Assembly (NCBI RefSeq): GCF_040938485.1
Contig: NW_027272360.1
Span: 434,001 to 498,000 of the forward strand
Length of the DNA: 64,000 nucleotides
Reading direction: 5' to 3'
Origin: Diadema antillarum
Taxonomy: Eukaryota
Below, one piece after another: positions 1-13,541 of this stretch. The translations under genes and the position numbers were made by a program. The notes beneath the pieces are model-generated. The model had not been told where the DNA came from. It was given only the letters and a program-made list of their open reading frames with translations, and made no database searches. Every line of letters begins with the position of its first letter. Position 1 is the first letter of the stretch.

Positions 1-106
1 GGTATTCGTCAATTTTAATGCAAGTTTGTCCATTCATAACATATCTTTCTCTGTGGGCAGCCAAATTGGTTAATGAGGGTACATTTGAAATAACTGCACT
101 CAACTT

Positions 107-1260
107 TTTTTTTCTTTCAAATAACGTTTATTCATATTTCAAACAGCAAAGATAACATCAAAAATTTCATTTACATACATAAATTAGAGAGAAATTCAAA
201 CATAATCAAATAAATCATTTAGAAGATTAAACAAAGGTCTGCCACAACGTGTTTTGTTAACTTCAAGTCTTTTCCGTAATTCTGATAGAAACATATATCG
301 CAATCTACGTTCTCTATATAATCAACACCTTTGTAATTACGCAAGACTATAAATTGATGAATACACCAAAAAGCTTATTCATAAAATCATCTACTTTCTC
401 TTCTTCATTGCTCTTTAACAAAAATGCAACATTAATGTCCACAGAAATATGAAAAACTTGCTGAATTAACCAAGAAATATAATACCAGAAACTCCCATTC
501 AGTTTACATGTAATAAAAGCATGTGTTATACCCTCATCTAGCTAAAATTGGTACTTATTTTCCACTTGATCAAATTCATCTTCACTGGTAATAAATCATA
601 TAAAACTTTAACATTAAATTCCTTCAACTTATTATCTTTTACTTTACAAATTACGTACAAAAGAATAATTCCAAATTATCTTCATCCCCAATATACGCTT
701 TCCCAGAAAAAAAAAAAACCTCACCTGGTATATGCTCCATCTTGCTTAATCAATTGATTATAAAAATACTTCGATATTACATCACATAGTCTCTTTACAT
801 TTTTTCCAATTTCTAAATGTGGGGCACATATTGATGAAATATTCTGCTCTCTGTCAATAGATGTTTGCGTCAACCAGATTTTTGGTATAGCCTCCCTCAG
901 TTTCGAATAATAAAAAAAATGCCCTTCTTAATTACTATTTCTAAATTTCAGTAATAACATGAGTTTTTCCACCGTTTTGTATCTCCATGCCAATAAGATG
1001 TCTTCTAACCGGATAATACCACTCTCAAACCATTCTTTGTAAAACAGAGGCTTCTTTTTGAAAACGACATTTTGGTTGTGCCACAAAACGTTCTTTTCTA
1101 CAGGGGGCTTCTTTTCCAATACCTCTTTGTCCCAGGCGCACATCATTTCAATATAAAACGGAGGCATGTTTTTAACAAAAAATGGACGTAATATTATACA
1201 CTTGAAAAATTACAATTCAATAACAAATCTAAACCTTCAAAACGGTTAAACCAATGAGCG
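107..1260 (-). mobile_element. 5'-truncated L1/Tx1-clade LINE (ORF2 C-terminal part and 3' end), degenerate
   Basis: The 14-bp direct repeat ACTGCACTCAACTT at 93-106 and 1261-1274 is a TSD. On the minus strand there is AATAAA (forward TTTATT ~127-132) and an A-rich tail (T-run 105-113). ORF 928-1167 (LWHNQNVVFKKKPLFYKEWFESGIIRLEDILL) resembles the post-RT region of L1/Tx1 ORF2, and a zinc-knuckle remnant EGITHAFITCK lies near 500-535. Confidence 0.8.
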
Positions 1261-1400
1261 ACTGCACTCAACTTAACAATGTGAGGTTGGTATCGCAGGT
1301 AGAATATCAAAATGTGGAGGGTACTGGGAAATCTGAAGTTACTAATTGTCCATGGTGATGCCCATTTGGAAAATTGATTTGAAACATTATCCTTCTTTTC

Positions 1401-1652
1401 ATGAAAAATCTGAGAAAATATAGGAAATTTGAGCTTGCAAATCGCAGCTTTCTAACCAAGACCATGAAAAATCTGAGAAAATATAGGAAATTTGAGCTTG
1501 CAAATCGCAGCTTTATAACCAAGACCGTGAAGAATCTGAGAAAATATAGGAAATTCGAGCTTGCAAATCGCACTTTGATAAACAAGACCATGAAAAATCT
1601 GAGAAAATATAGGAAATTCGAGCTTGTAAATCGCAGCTTCATAACCAAGACC
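1401..1652. repeat. Minisatellite, 4 x 63 bp
   Basis: Unit ATGAAAAATCTGAGAAAATATAGGAAATTTGAGCTTGCAAATCGCAGCTTTCTAACCAAGACC starts at 1401, 1464, 1527 and 1590, with a few substitutions. Confidence 0.95.
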
Positions 1653-2874
1653 AGCGATGGACACACTAGTCATCTAAGTCGTCTGGAGGTGCCTGTGGGC
1701 TCGGTTTTGTTTTCCACGCTGTTCAATATCCACAAAAGTGCCCACCACGTACGTCTTGCTTCAAGACGGTATGGGCATGTAGATACCCTAGACTTACTGT
1801 GTATAAGGACAAGGACCTGAGCGAAGAAAAAATGTGCATACTGCTAACATGGAGCTTATTGCAGACTATCTATAGAAGCTAGGACTCAATTCAAAAGGCG
1901 AGTGCTGCAAAATTTACTGCAACTGCTTTTTACATGAACACCTAAGAAGCAGACCGGCAACTGACTATTCTTCACACAGTGGGAAGCCTCTTCCATGCAA
2001 CCTTCACCCAACAGATCTTGGAGTAAAACTTGACAGACAGTTGACCTGAAAACATCACCTTGTAGCTCTACGTGGGAAAGTGTCCGGCCGGAACAACCTG
2101 TGGGGTGGGGTGCATCAGCATCAATTCTCCGGACAGAAGCACTAGCTCTGGTGTTCAGCACTGGCGATATATGCTGCGCGAGCATGGCTTGAGTATACCC
2201 ATGCTTAAAAAAGTTGGACTGTCCACTTAATGACACCCTCTGGATGTCTCCGCCAGTCCTAGCAGGGATTTTGCAACCTATCCTTACGCTACGCCAGGAG
2301 AATCTTATGGGCAAGCTTACGCAGAAGTCCCTCACTGATGACACTCATCCACTACACAAAATAGGCCTAGTGACAGAAGCCAAAGATCGTCAACGCCTCA
2401 CAGATCACATCACCCTTTCTCTCGTCATACAGCTGCCCTAGAGCAACTACCGCAGTTTTCAGCTTAATAACGCAAGACTGGGAAAAGAGGTGGGGAAAGG
2501 ACGACACACCCACAGCAATTCACTGTTCCCCCTGGCGTCAAAGCTCAAACTGGCTCCAAGTTACCACGGAAGGTTTTGTTAACGCTCAATCGTCTACGCA
2601 CAGGGGTTGGAAGATTCAATGCCAACACGAACGGTTGGGGTCTTTGGGGACTACGGGAATCGCCAGTATACGTCTGTGATGCGGCTGAGCAGACGCGGAC
2701 CAAGTCATCTTTACCTGCTCAACACTTCACCCCTGATAGCATGACTGATCGACCTATCTGATCCGAAGGATGCCCCAAAAGTTGTCCTGTTCAACTGGCT
2801 CACGTACACAGCGTCAGGGTACACTAACAGTACCAACTACAACTAGATCTACTACTTAAACGAAAGAAGAAGAA
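1653..2874 (+). mobile_element. Degenerate non-LTR retrotransposon (RT and C-terminal region, RTE-X/I-like), 5'-truncated
   Basis: Broken-frame RT motifs GSVLFSTLFNIH (PQGSVL-like), LDRQLT, VLAGILQP and LNRLRTGVGRFNAN...WG, followed by a (GAA)n tail at 2863-2874. Many stops and frameshifts. Confidence 0.75.
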
Positions 2875-3685
2875 CGTAGGCCTATAACCTCAGTTACCGC
2901 TCATCAATACGTGCGGCCATGAATCATTATGTGGACACAGTAGATCCCAATCTACCGTTTCTGCATTTATTTCTGCATTATGTTTCTCCGAGTACACAGA
3001 CAAATCGATACAAATTGATACATAGTATTTATGCCCAAAAGGGTAAAATCATACAAATTAACACAGGAATTGTGAATTTCATAGCAACATCGTCCCTAGT
3101 ATACATGTAAATTAGAATCAACCTTATAATGCATACTGTAGTCAAATGTGGAAAAAAGAGAAAATCAATACAGCTAGGGGACCATCATCACAAGCATGAT
3201 GAGGATAAGGATGATAATTATAGTCATTTCCCTGAGATAATGCACGGGTGGTCCAAGTGATGCACTATATGTGACAGATGGTACAAGCACGAGGTCTGCA
3301 GGACCGAGTGCAGCATATCCATGTGGCGATTCGAGCGTTATCTGGGCCCAAAAATGCAAAAGCAAAAGTGCATTGGTTGTTTTACACATGGAGAACATGG
3401 AGAAATCAAACAGCCCACGAGTCATATACAGCCCATGACTGATACAACCCACGAGTCATACTGCCCATGCGTTCGACTCTATCAAAGCAAGACAAGGCCG
3501 ACGAGACCGACACATTAAGCCCCGTGTTGTAATGTCAAACTCGTGGGCTGGGAGGGGACGAGAACTGTTTGCATTTTGATGTTGTAAGTAGTGTAATTTA
3601 ATGCAAGTTTTTGAGTGTTTTATGGACTTAAAACTGGTTTAAGTAAGGGAGCAATATTTAGATGTAGATAATATTTAACCATTTG

Positions 3686-3802
3686 CAGGCCCGTAGCCAG
3701 GATTTTTCAAGGAGGGGGGGGGGGGGGGGGGGGGGTGCGGTCACTAAAAAAACGGACCTTCGGTACCAATACCAATGATGACACACACACACACACACAC
3801 AC

Positions 3803-3852
<50 letters not shown>

Positions 3853-6739
3853 TTTGGACCACCGAACTACAAAAGTTGTATAAGAATTTGCGCGCGAAGC
3901 GCGCCGCAAATTGTGAATTTTGACTGTTTTAATGACGTTTTAAAGTCTCGAGGAAATTTGTATTTTTGTCTGTTGCATGCAATCGCGTTACGGTATTTCA
4001 TCTAGGAAATAGTAAAAACTCATTTTGCCAGGAAGTTGCAAAGTTTAATTGTGTTCGAGACTCTGCGCGCGTAGCGCGCCGCAAAATTGAGAATAGTGGT
4101 TTTTCTGGTGTTGTTTTAACTTTTATTTTTTCTATTGTATACCCGCGTTAGCAGGCCTGAAGGCAGGATTTTTAAAGGAAGGGGGGATTGCGTTAATTAA
4201 CAAAACGGTCCTTTGATACTGTCCCGGGAGGGGTAGCGACAATTAAAAGGTGGACACCATGCTCATACGTGGACTTTCAAAATGGCCCCTATAAACGAGT
4301 AATGATCATATGATTTTTTCGGGCCTTAAAACAAGTATTCCTTAAATGTTTCCTGCACCCTAAAAAAGTACTTCATCATGATTGAACAATATACCATTTT
4401 CCCAAATTTCGGCCTTTTTGATACCCTTTGATTATATACGCTCGTACATCACACTTTCCATCTAATCCCTGAGAAAAAACGACCCCTATTACGCGTTTTC
4501 TTTAGCGAGTATGGTCACGGTGTCCACCTTTCAGTTGGAGTTTTCCATCCCATTGGATGCTGTTTGGAAGATGAAACATTCACTTTACTATACAGTATAT
4601 CAGCCGTTGGTATGCGAGTTTGTCAAAAACGAAAATAAATAAGAAAATTTTTAAAACAAAATGAATTGTAAATGTGAACCATTTATATTTTGCCTCCTTG
4701 TGGTAGGATATTTCCAGCATTTCCGAACTTTCAAATAATCATTTTAGATTTAATAATATTAAAGGTAGTAGCTCCGATTCGCAAACATCTCCAATATCAG
4801 TCAAATGTCATATTAACCATCATGCGAAGAAGGTTTTCTTTGCGAAATTTGGAGGTCAGTGAAATTCAAAAATTAAACATCCGTTAGCCATTGGAAGAAG
4901 TTGAGTGCAAATTCAGACCTCAGGCTTAGTGATCAGATGTTTTCCTATTTGATTTGATCTGTCTTACTGTGCACACTAAGATACATACTGGAATGGTTAT
5001 TTCTTATTTATTAAATTATAGTAGCATGTTTGGTTACTAGCTGTCTCTAGGCATTTTCGAATTTGGGCTGCAAAGAGATCCACTACCTTTAAGTTAGAAG
5101 AGAGATAAGTAAATAATGATAAAATAAACAAACAAAAAAAATGAGTTTCTTTTGTAATACTATCTGACAAACTTTTTACTTTACCATTTTACTTCATAGC
5201 TCAGCACTTTCCATTCTCTCTCATACCCTCTTACCCATTACATTTAAATGAAATACAACTAAAATGAGTTTGCGTGCCTGCATAATACTCTTTGGAAATT
5301 ATAAGTGAGAATGTTAATTAGGTTTTGGCTCACTTTAAAATGAGAACCAATAGAACTGTCACAACATGAGAAAATGTATAAGTTATAATCAACAGTACAT
5401 TTCCGAATTTGGCCTGCAAAGAAATCCGCTACCTGTAAGTTAGAAAAGAGATTAGTAAATAATGATAAAATAAACAACAAAAAAGAATGAGTTTCTACCG
5501 CCGTATCCAGAACAGAGCCTGAAACGGTGCAGGCTCAAGAAATCGTTTGTACTAATACGTCTTGAAGTACTGTGTGATACTGTTGACTCAGACTTCTACA
5601 AAGCTGTAAGTGAGAATTTTAACCCAATCCGGCTCATTACCTGTGTTTTTTATGAAAAATATGAATAAGGAATATAAATTAAATAACGACGCGTCACAAT
5701 GCAGTCTAACGCTCTCACAATGTTATCATACATAGGGTTTTTCCCTGACTGTTTTTACTCCGGAGCTCTTGCAATATTCAGGCTTTTGTATAATACTATC
5801 TGACAAACTTTTTACTTTACCATTTTACTTCATAGCTCAGCATTCTCTCTCATAGCCTCTTACCCATTACATTTAAATGAAATACAACTAAATTGAGTTT
5901 GCGTGCCTGCATAATACTCTTTGGAAATTATAAGTGAGAATGTTCTTAGGTTTTGGCTCACTTCAAAATGAGAACCAATCGAACTGTCACAACATGAGAA
6001 AATGTATAACTAATAGAGAACTGGAGTAAGACAGGCCTTTCATTTTGTTTTGCCTCTCCTGATCGTTCGTAAGAAATGCTAATTCATGACCACCTTTTCA
6101 CAATTTGATTGGAGCATGCATTCATAATGGAAAATAGTTGACACAATAATCTATCCCCAGGCATTATCATGCCAACATGTACTTATATATACATGTACTA
6201 TATCTTTGTGAGACGTAGATATAAAATGTCTCAGGTTTTCGATCATAGTAATTTCGAGGAAATTTCTTTAATTTTTATCATATATGTAAACTTGAGGCTA
6301 TTAGATTTTCATCCACTTACCTCTGTTCCTGTGAAAAAATGCAAGTGTCAACCTCAATGTCATCCACGAATCGCACGTACTCGGGCGGCCAGTGGAAAAA
6401 AAAAAAAAACACCGGTCACACGCGCCAAGGGCCATGGCATGCAGTGCCAATATGATAATAGCTCGCACAAATTGATACATAACATTTGTGTTTGTGTGCA
6501 TGGGGACGATCCGATGGTTCATACAACAAAAGGGTTTCGTACAATTATTTTTAACATTGTTAAACGTACTCTTCCACATTTACGTAGCATATAATGTGTC
6601 TTTATATTTATTTGGATTGTTATCTTGAGAATTGCTAAAAACCGTTATTATGAAAAAGTGGACCTTTCAGAATTTGGGGGGGGGGGGTGCGGACGCACCC
6701 GACGCACCCCCCCCCCCCCCCCCCCTGGCTACGGGCCTG
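3686..6739. mobile_element. ~3.05-kb non-autonomous TIR DNA transposon with 5-bp TSD (hAT5-like or unclassified)
   Basis: Termini CAGGCCCGTAGCCAGG / CCTGGCTACGGGCCTG adjoining poly-G/C tracts; flanking direct repeat ATTTG at 3681-3685 and 6740-6744. Internal duplications 5062-5150 ~ 5408-5497 and 5150-5390 ~ 5786-6008. No transposase ORF. Confidence 0.8.
4223..4551. mobile_element. Nested degenerate MITE
   Basis: 13-bp inverted repeat AAAGGTGGACACC (4246-4258) / GGTGTCCACCTTT (4519-4531) with decayed CCCGGG-type ends; TSD not resolved. Confidence 0.4.
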
Positions 6740-9306
6740 ATTTGCCAATGAAAAGGATATCATTTTAATAAATTTCGAGAATATATTCTTTCAAGAAATA
6801 ATAATAATGATAACAATAATATTAATAATAATAATTTTTGACTCTAGGATTCGAAAATAAAATGAGATCTGAGCACGCTGCGATGGTCCAGGACTAAACC
6901 AATAAACATACTTGCGTGGTGTAGGCCTTTATGTCATGAATATAATTTGTGGAAAGTAATTTATTACTGAATGAAAGAGACTCCCCACATACAATGGTGA
7001 ATGCGTTGATTTTAGTTTGTCCAGCTCAGGAATTTTCAGACCAGGTTTAGTAAACTATAACAGGAATTTAACTTATCATTTGATGACCCAAAGTTCAAAG
7101 TTCAAATTTATTTTCATTTCCATCAAATAAACAGAGAAAATTATATACAATGTATAAGCAGAACATATTTGTAATAATGATTGCATCCATGAAGTAATAG
7201 TAATGATAAAATACAACCTGGATTGAATATATTGCAAATAATTGTTTACATATACCGGTAAGAATGAAGAAAAGCGGAGATAAAAAAAGAGAATATAGAC
7301 ACAATGGTATATACGGTACAATAACAGGAACATCTGAGGAGCACTTGTGTTTGAGATTATTTTTCTCTAATAAGAAAAATACATGTATCTTATAATCGTT
7401 TAATGTTAAAAGAAATGATGACTTGATAGAGATGATGAAACGATCCTAATTCGGTTGTATATTATAAGATTTCAATAAAAATAATTTTAATTTACTCTTA
7501 AAAGAATTCAAAATTTTAGCTGTTATTTAATATATTGTTATGAGGTGATTTCCAACACTCTGGCCAATCGAAATTGAAGGTGTTCTGAGCCAGCAAAGTT
7601 CTCAAAAATGGCAAATGGAATTCATTTAGGCCTTGTTGGATAACTGTGAATGGATTGATTTGATTTCTTCGAAACATTGTTTCAAATATATTTGGAAGAT
7701 TATTTCTATACTATTTTGTGTGCGCATGATTTGTTTCATCATTTAAAGAGAAACTAGTCAAGATGGGGGAAATGGTCTGTAATAACCGAGAGAGCAATAT
7801 AAGGGAATAGGGAGGAGGAAGAATATTAGATATATATATTATCAGTAAGGGAAGCAGATTCATTGGCTACACGTGTGGGTTCAGATATTAAGGGCAATAA
7901 AAAAGCAGATAGAAACATTTCTAAAATATCTTGTGACATATGATTTTGTTTTAGTAAGTCTATATGAAAATCACTCATATGAAACAATTTTTATTAATAA
8001 AAAGTGGGTTTTTAACCAAATACAAGAGATAATCTAAGAATGATTTAATGTTCTCGCTCGGAGGTCTGTGTACTACACCTTTGATTACATTTTTGCTGCC
8101 AGAAACTGTAATTTCAGTGAAAAGAGATTCAAACGAATCAATCATGCTGTTAAGCTCATCGCGAACTACATGATCATAAGTTTATGAAACATGTAAGGCA
8201 ACGCCCCCACCTATATGTCTGTTGTTAACTACAAGATCATATCCGTCGAGAGCGACTAGAAGACTTGAGTCAAGGGAAAGCCAGGTTTCAGTTAGACCTG
8301 TACTGCCGATAATTTTTGCATGATGGGATAATTTAAAAGTAATCGCAGTTCTTCAGAATGTTTGTTAATACTCCCAATATAGGTTTTCCCGGCCAATTTC
8401 GCACTTTTGTCACTCCATTAAAGAGAAGGTTCATCCATTTAGCAAAACCCTCGTTATCGCACAGTCTGTCTTTAAAAATTGCATCTTGTGCGTTCAATTT
8501 AGCATATCGATCAATGAAATTAGTAAAAGTACCTTAAATTATCTAAACCATGGCGCCAGTTTGTGAGATGAATCAAAAATAAATTCCTTAGTTATAAGAA
8601 TACTGGCCGGCAGTATAAAGATGCTCTAACAGAAAGAAAGAAAGAAAGAAAGACTCTTGAAATTAATGTAATATTTACCTGTTTCTTTAGCACATGTTTA
8701 GCCACATTTGACTATCCTTATATTCTGCAACATGAGTAAAGGAAGTGTTTAGCACTACCAGAATAGCTTGCAACTTTTATTTGCTGCATACAATATAGGA
8801 CCTACAATTTGTGAACAACTTTAATCGTAAAATGTCATGTTCTAAATTGATTTGATCAATTTAGGAGACGAAATCTTTCCCAGTAACTTTCCCAGAAGCC
8901 AACAAGTTATCACACGTTCCAACCACCTCCGAAAATTATAAATAATGAACAAGACATAGACACTTTCTAAAAATACAAATCTGCAATACGAATGTGAAAA
9001 TAAGCTCATCATTCTACCTCCATAATTTCGGTGCTCGATCGCAGCTTCGCTAGTTGTTGAAATAACAAAATTTGAATGTCTAAAGCCACCTCCCTCCGGC
9101 GTTCGAGTTGCTCACCGGTGTAGCGAAATTTCGTTGGCAGAAAGGCAAACCCAAGATCAACTATAAGTAGGACCTAGGTTGATACCACCACTTACTGTAC
9201 ACCACCAACACGTACAAACACATTTATGCATAAGTATATGTACGACATGTACGTATTGTTCAAAACTATCCTTCCATGTCTATGGAAGCAGGAGCCCGTC
9301 AAAAAC

Positions 9307-9643
9307 TAGCCTTTAAACAAGGCGACTCGCTCTGCGTGCCCCCGTATAGCGCGTTTACCCCACAAACCTGTTGGCCGGCGAGTGGAGCGAGCCGCCTTTA
9401 TCCACTCGTTCAGGGATGTGTACTTTTGTCGTTGTTGTTGCTTTATATTCTTTGACAAATTTGCGTACAAATTTGACGCAGAAAATACGCACGGCACCAG
9501 AATATAAAGCAACAACAACGACAAAAGTACACATCCCTGAACGAGTGGATAAAGGCGGCTCGCTCCACTCGCCGGCCAACAGGTTTGTGGGGTAAACGCG
9601 CTATACGGGGGCACGCAGAGCGAGTCGCCTTGTTTAAAGGCTA
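9307..9643. mobile_element. Foldback MITE: 145-bp perfect TIRs, 47-bp spacer, 9-bp TSD
   Basis: Arms 9307-9451 and 9499-9643 are exact reverse complements. Termini TAGCC...GGCTA; direct repeat GTCAAAAAC at 9298-9306 and 9644-9652. Confidence 0.9.
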
Positions 9644-10099
9644 GTCAAAAACATGAATAGAATACGTCGCGTAGTAATTAGAATTGCTACCCGACGTAAA
9701 TAATTATCGGTCATAACAGGAGCTACGTGCCTTTTTGCAAACTGAAGTAAGGTTTGGCCTATTGTACGCCAATATAAGTTTTAGCGTTAATCCATCTAAA
9801 TTTGTATAATTTTTTTGCTTTGCTAATAGTTCCTTTTGAACGAGAGTTGGACATGTTTATTAGTAGGTTGTGTATTTTTAATTTGCTACTGTTTGCAAAA
9901 TAATGCGGTTGTATATAATTGTTACATTGATTAATAAACTATTGGAGTTCCTTTTTTTTTTTACAGACAGTGCTTCTCATAGCAAAAGCAATCATTGCTA
10001 GGGTTGAATTTGCTAGAATTTAAAGCTTTTTTTAAAACAATTTTTTAGTCAATGACCAACGTCCCTTAACATTTGCTACTGTTAAGCAAAACCTCGAGA

Positions 10100-10345
10100 G
10101 CGTAACTAAAGTCTGCCATAGATGCATGCCTTTTGAGTGGCGACATTTTAGCGGCTCACGACCATTTGCGTGGGCAATCAAAACTTCAAGTCAGTCCTAT
10201 AACCTATACCTGGACGACATAATTTTTTCTTATCTATAGGCCACTCAAGAAAATAAAAAATGGCCCGTTTTAGCCTCTTCTTGACAGGCTGAGCAAGCAT
10301 GGACTCAACTAAACCCACCTAAGTGTGATCTGCTGCAAAGAAGAA
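10100..10345 (+). mobile_element. Gypsy/Ty3 LTR-retrotransposon RT relic
   Basis: CTA TAC CTG GAC GAC ATA = LYLDDI at 10204-10221, followed by a frameshifted FDRLSKHGL..(K)PPKCDLLQRR-like segment. Confidence 0.65.
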
Positions 10346-11539
10346 CTGTTCATTACATTGGACATAATATATATTATCAGCATTATATCATCATGCTTTG
10401 TTTTTTGCAACTCTTTATAACAACACAATTTTTGCTCTGTTTTAATTTGAGTAGCAGAATAAATGCAAGCAATCAAACTTGTTTTTTTATTAACTCTTGA
10501 GCGATCGAGCTATTGCGATCATTCATCGTATGTCGTCCATTGTGTGCATGTGTGTTTATGTGTTGTGAGTGTGTGTGTGCACCGTGTCCAAGAAACATGT
10601 GTTGGTAGTCAATACCCAAAAGTATATATCGGCAACCTTCCTCTATATAAATCCTTTTTTTGGGGGAAATTTTTAGCCCTCCATGGACTATTTTCTTGTC
10701 TCAATGTCAACATAATACAACTAAAAAAATTTTTCAACTATAATCTCGTTTTTTCTTAACATTTCTCTCGTTAACATTCACACAAACAAATGTTGGAGTG
10801 ACTGCCACTATAAACTTAACTTGTTGAGAGTACCCGATACAGAATGAATATATATCTCGTCTGCATAATAATTCACTATTTTTTTTTTGTCTTCATAGGG
10901 TTAAACCTAGGGACTTTGTTTTTTAATTTTTGTGCAAACAATTGTTGCTCAATCACAGTTTGGAGCGTCGTTTCTCTTTTCTTTAAAACCAAATCTATCT
11001 AAATCCTGTTTCATTTTACATATCAACTTGAATGCTAATGTATATCAAACTCAATATATATCGCAATGATATCTGTTATGATATGGCTGCAATAGGGCAA
11101 CAATAAGATTCAAATGGCACTAGAGAACCGGTCGATAATTAATATTTTTTCTTTAACTTTTTTTTGTGGGCCGTGTTACGCTCTCGAAGCATAACTAACA
11201 TATGTGCGTAGATAAGGCCTCTCTTGTTTAAAGTAAAACTTTTGGCTGCACTATGAAACTGAGAAAAAAAAAACACCATTGGAGACTAAAATGATTAAAA
11301 CAAGAAAATGTCAAGTCACAGCATTGACATTTCAATCATCAATAGCAATGTGAAGACCATCCAGACACCTATATATAGGTGTGGATGTATCTGTGTTGCC
11401 CGAAATGCTGCGGGAAGTGATCGTCTTCTCTCTTTTGAAATGACTTTTCTTGCAACAACTCTTATTCAGTACCCACTACTGCAGCGAATGTGATTGACTC
11501 CATCACATGACGAGATATCATTAAAAAATATCCAACAAT

Positions 11540-12660
11540 ATTTAAGAGATGAAAAAGTAATGAGTTGGAAAGAGTTTCACTGCAGACAGACTGGCCTGCA
11601 TGCTACAATCCCACGACAGGCCCTTTCGTGATAGGAGTTGCAGTATTAGTAGCATTTTTCTCTGACTGGAAGTCAATAGGTGAATGTATTACGAAAAACT
11701 AACGATACTTTACAGCTTATTGACAAGGACCTGATCTACATTGCCAAGGTTTGAATCAGTGTCCTATGCGTACAGGGCATGCAGGTCTCGCAGAAGAGAG
11801 GAATGCTATTAGAATCATTTCATACCTGCCACGGCTGCCACGCTCTATAGTTATACCACAATGTCTACACTATGATTCTTTCATCAATGCCAAGTCAAGC
11901 GATTTGTCTGATTCATGTTTACATAATGGCTTCTTAACATTGGACTATAATGGATAATTTCTTTCAGACATCGGCAGCATCAGAGGGTGCAAAAAAAAAA
12001 ATCATTGTATCCGTTCGGCGTGGCATGTCCTTGAAGAGATAGAGAAATCAACAATAAGCAGATGGTAAAAGAGTGGTATGGATGGTGTAGTTATTTGAAA
12101 CCTGAATGACTCCACACCCCCTCTCAGCAGATCAGCCAAACAGTCGTCATAACAAAGCATTTTTCTTTGACTGGAAGTCAATAGGTGAATGTATTACGAA
12201 AAACTAACGATACTTTACAGCTTATTGACAAGGACCTGATCTACATTGCCAAGGTTTGAACCTGTGTCCTTTACGTACCTTTAATGAGGGGCAGGTCTCG
12301 CAGAAGAGATGAATAATGGTAGAATCCTTTCATACCTGACAAACCCTATACCACAATGTCTATACACTATGATTCTTTCATCAATGCCAAGTCAAGCGAT
12401 TTGTCTGATTCATATTTACATATAATGGCTTCTTAACATTGGACTATGATGTAGAATGCCATTCAGAAATCGACAGCATACATCAGAAGGTACAAAAAAA
12501 AACTTATTGTATCCGTTCGGCGAGGCATGTCCTTGAAGAGATGAAGAACTCGACAATAAGCAGAAGGAAAAGAATGGTTTGGATGGTGTAGTTATTTGAA
12601 ATCTGAATGACTCCACACCCCATCTCAGCAGTTCAGCTAGACAGTCGTCATAACAATGTG
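11540..12660 (+). mobile_element. Decayed L2/Crack-like LINE fragment, tandemly duplicated (~505-bp units)
   Basis: 11652-12157 and 12158-12657 are direct copies starting GCATTTTTCT(C/T)TGACTGGAAGTCAATAGG. The remnant NAIRIISYLPR matches the KRAIRII motif of L2-group ORF2 C-termini. Confidence 0.65.
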
Positions 12661-13166
12661 TTTTTTAACAGCTTCTTCCGTTCGCAATATTTGCTACATA
12701 AAGTCGTCGTTCAATTTGTGCCTTTGTATTCCCTTTTTAATTTCTTGTACTTCTGCTTTTCTTCTTATCATTACTATCATCTTTATCATTATTGTTTATG
12801 TCCATTTTCACTATACTTTAGGAAGTCGACGTTATCATTGATGATTACTGATCTTTCATTTAAGACATTTAGTCAAATCGATTTTTTTTTAATTCTCTTT
12901 TGCCTTGAATAGCTATGTATACTGTTTGTCATCATGCAATTCAACAACTGTATAGCACTTCCCTGTAACAAATTACAATAACAACAACTTATAGAAATTG
13001 GATAACGTCTCAACAGTAACATGTTTTGAAGTGTCACCATCATTCGCGAATGCGAAATCAGAAGACTAGAAACCATTTTTAGAGTAGAGCTTCCAAGGTG
13101 CATATGTGACAAAACTTGACTTCATTTGTACTCTGAATAAAATTTGTAGTTTACGGCAGAGTACGG

Positions 13167-13541
13167 CAGAGATGCCAAGTTCAAAAAACTTTTATGAGTG
13201 AGATTTTTATGACCCGGCAACTCGGCGCTCGCGCGCATGCGCGCGCGAACGAGAGGGTGTCCCCCTCCCATGGTAGGGAGCTTTTTAAAATTATTAGCTC
13301 TTAATGATGCGATCTGGTGCATACTTAAGTGACTATTTTTTATTAATTTTGAAAGGCAAAAGGGAAATATACCTTCAATTGCAACTATCACTTTAATCCT
13401 TTGAGCTATATGCTCCTTATTTTTGGCCCAAATTGCAGACTTCACCAGATGCGTGAGAAAAATAGGTGCCATGCGTGAGATCGTGAGACAGACCCTAAAT
13501 GCTTGAGTCTCACGCAGAATGCGTGAGACTTGGTAGCTCTG
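13167..13541. mobile_element. 375-bp non-autonomous TIR element with 6-bp TSD (hAT6-like)
   Basis: Imperfect TIR CAGAGATGCCAAGT / ACTTGGTAGCTCTG; direct repeat GTACGG at 13161-13166 and 13542-13547. Confidence 0.7.

Noticed and set aside
5495-5605. 37-codon open stretch ending in a GTAAGT donor inside the 3-kb element (captured exon?)
   Set aside because: No acceptor and no recognisable protein motif; it abuts an internally duplicated AT-rich segment.
9306-9614. Near-identical ORFs on opposite strands (MAGEWSEPPL...)
   Set aside because: Artefact of the perfect 145-bp inverted repeat.
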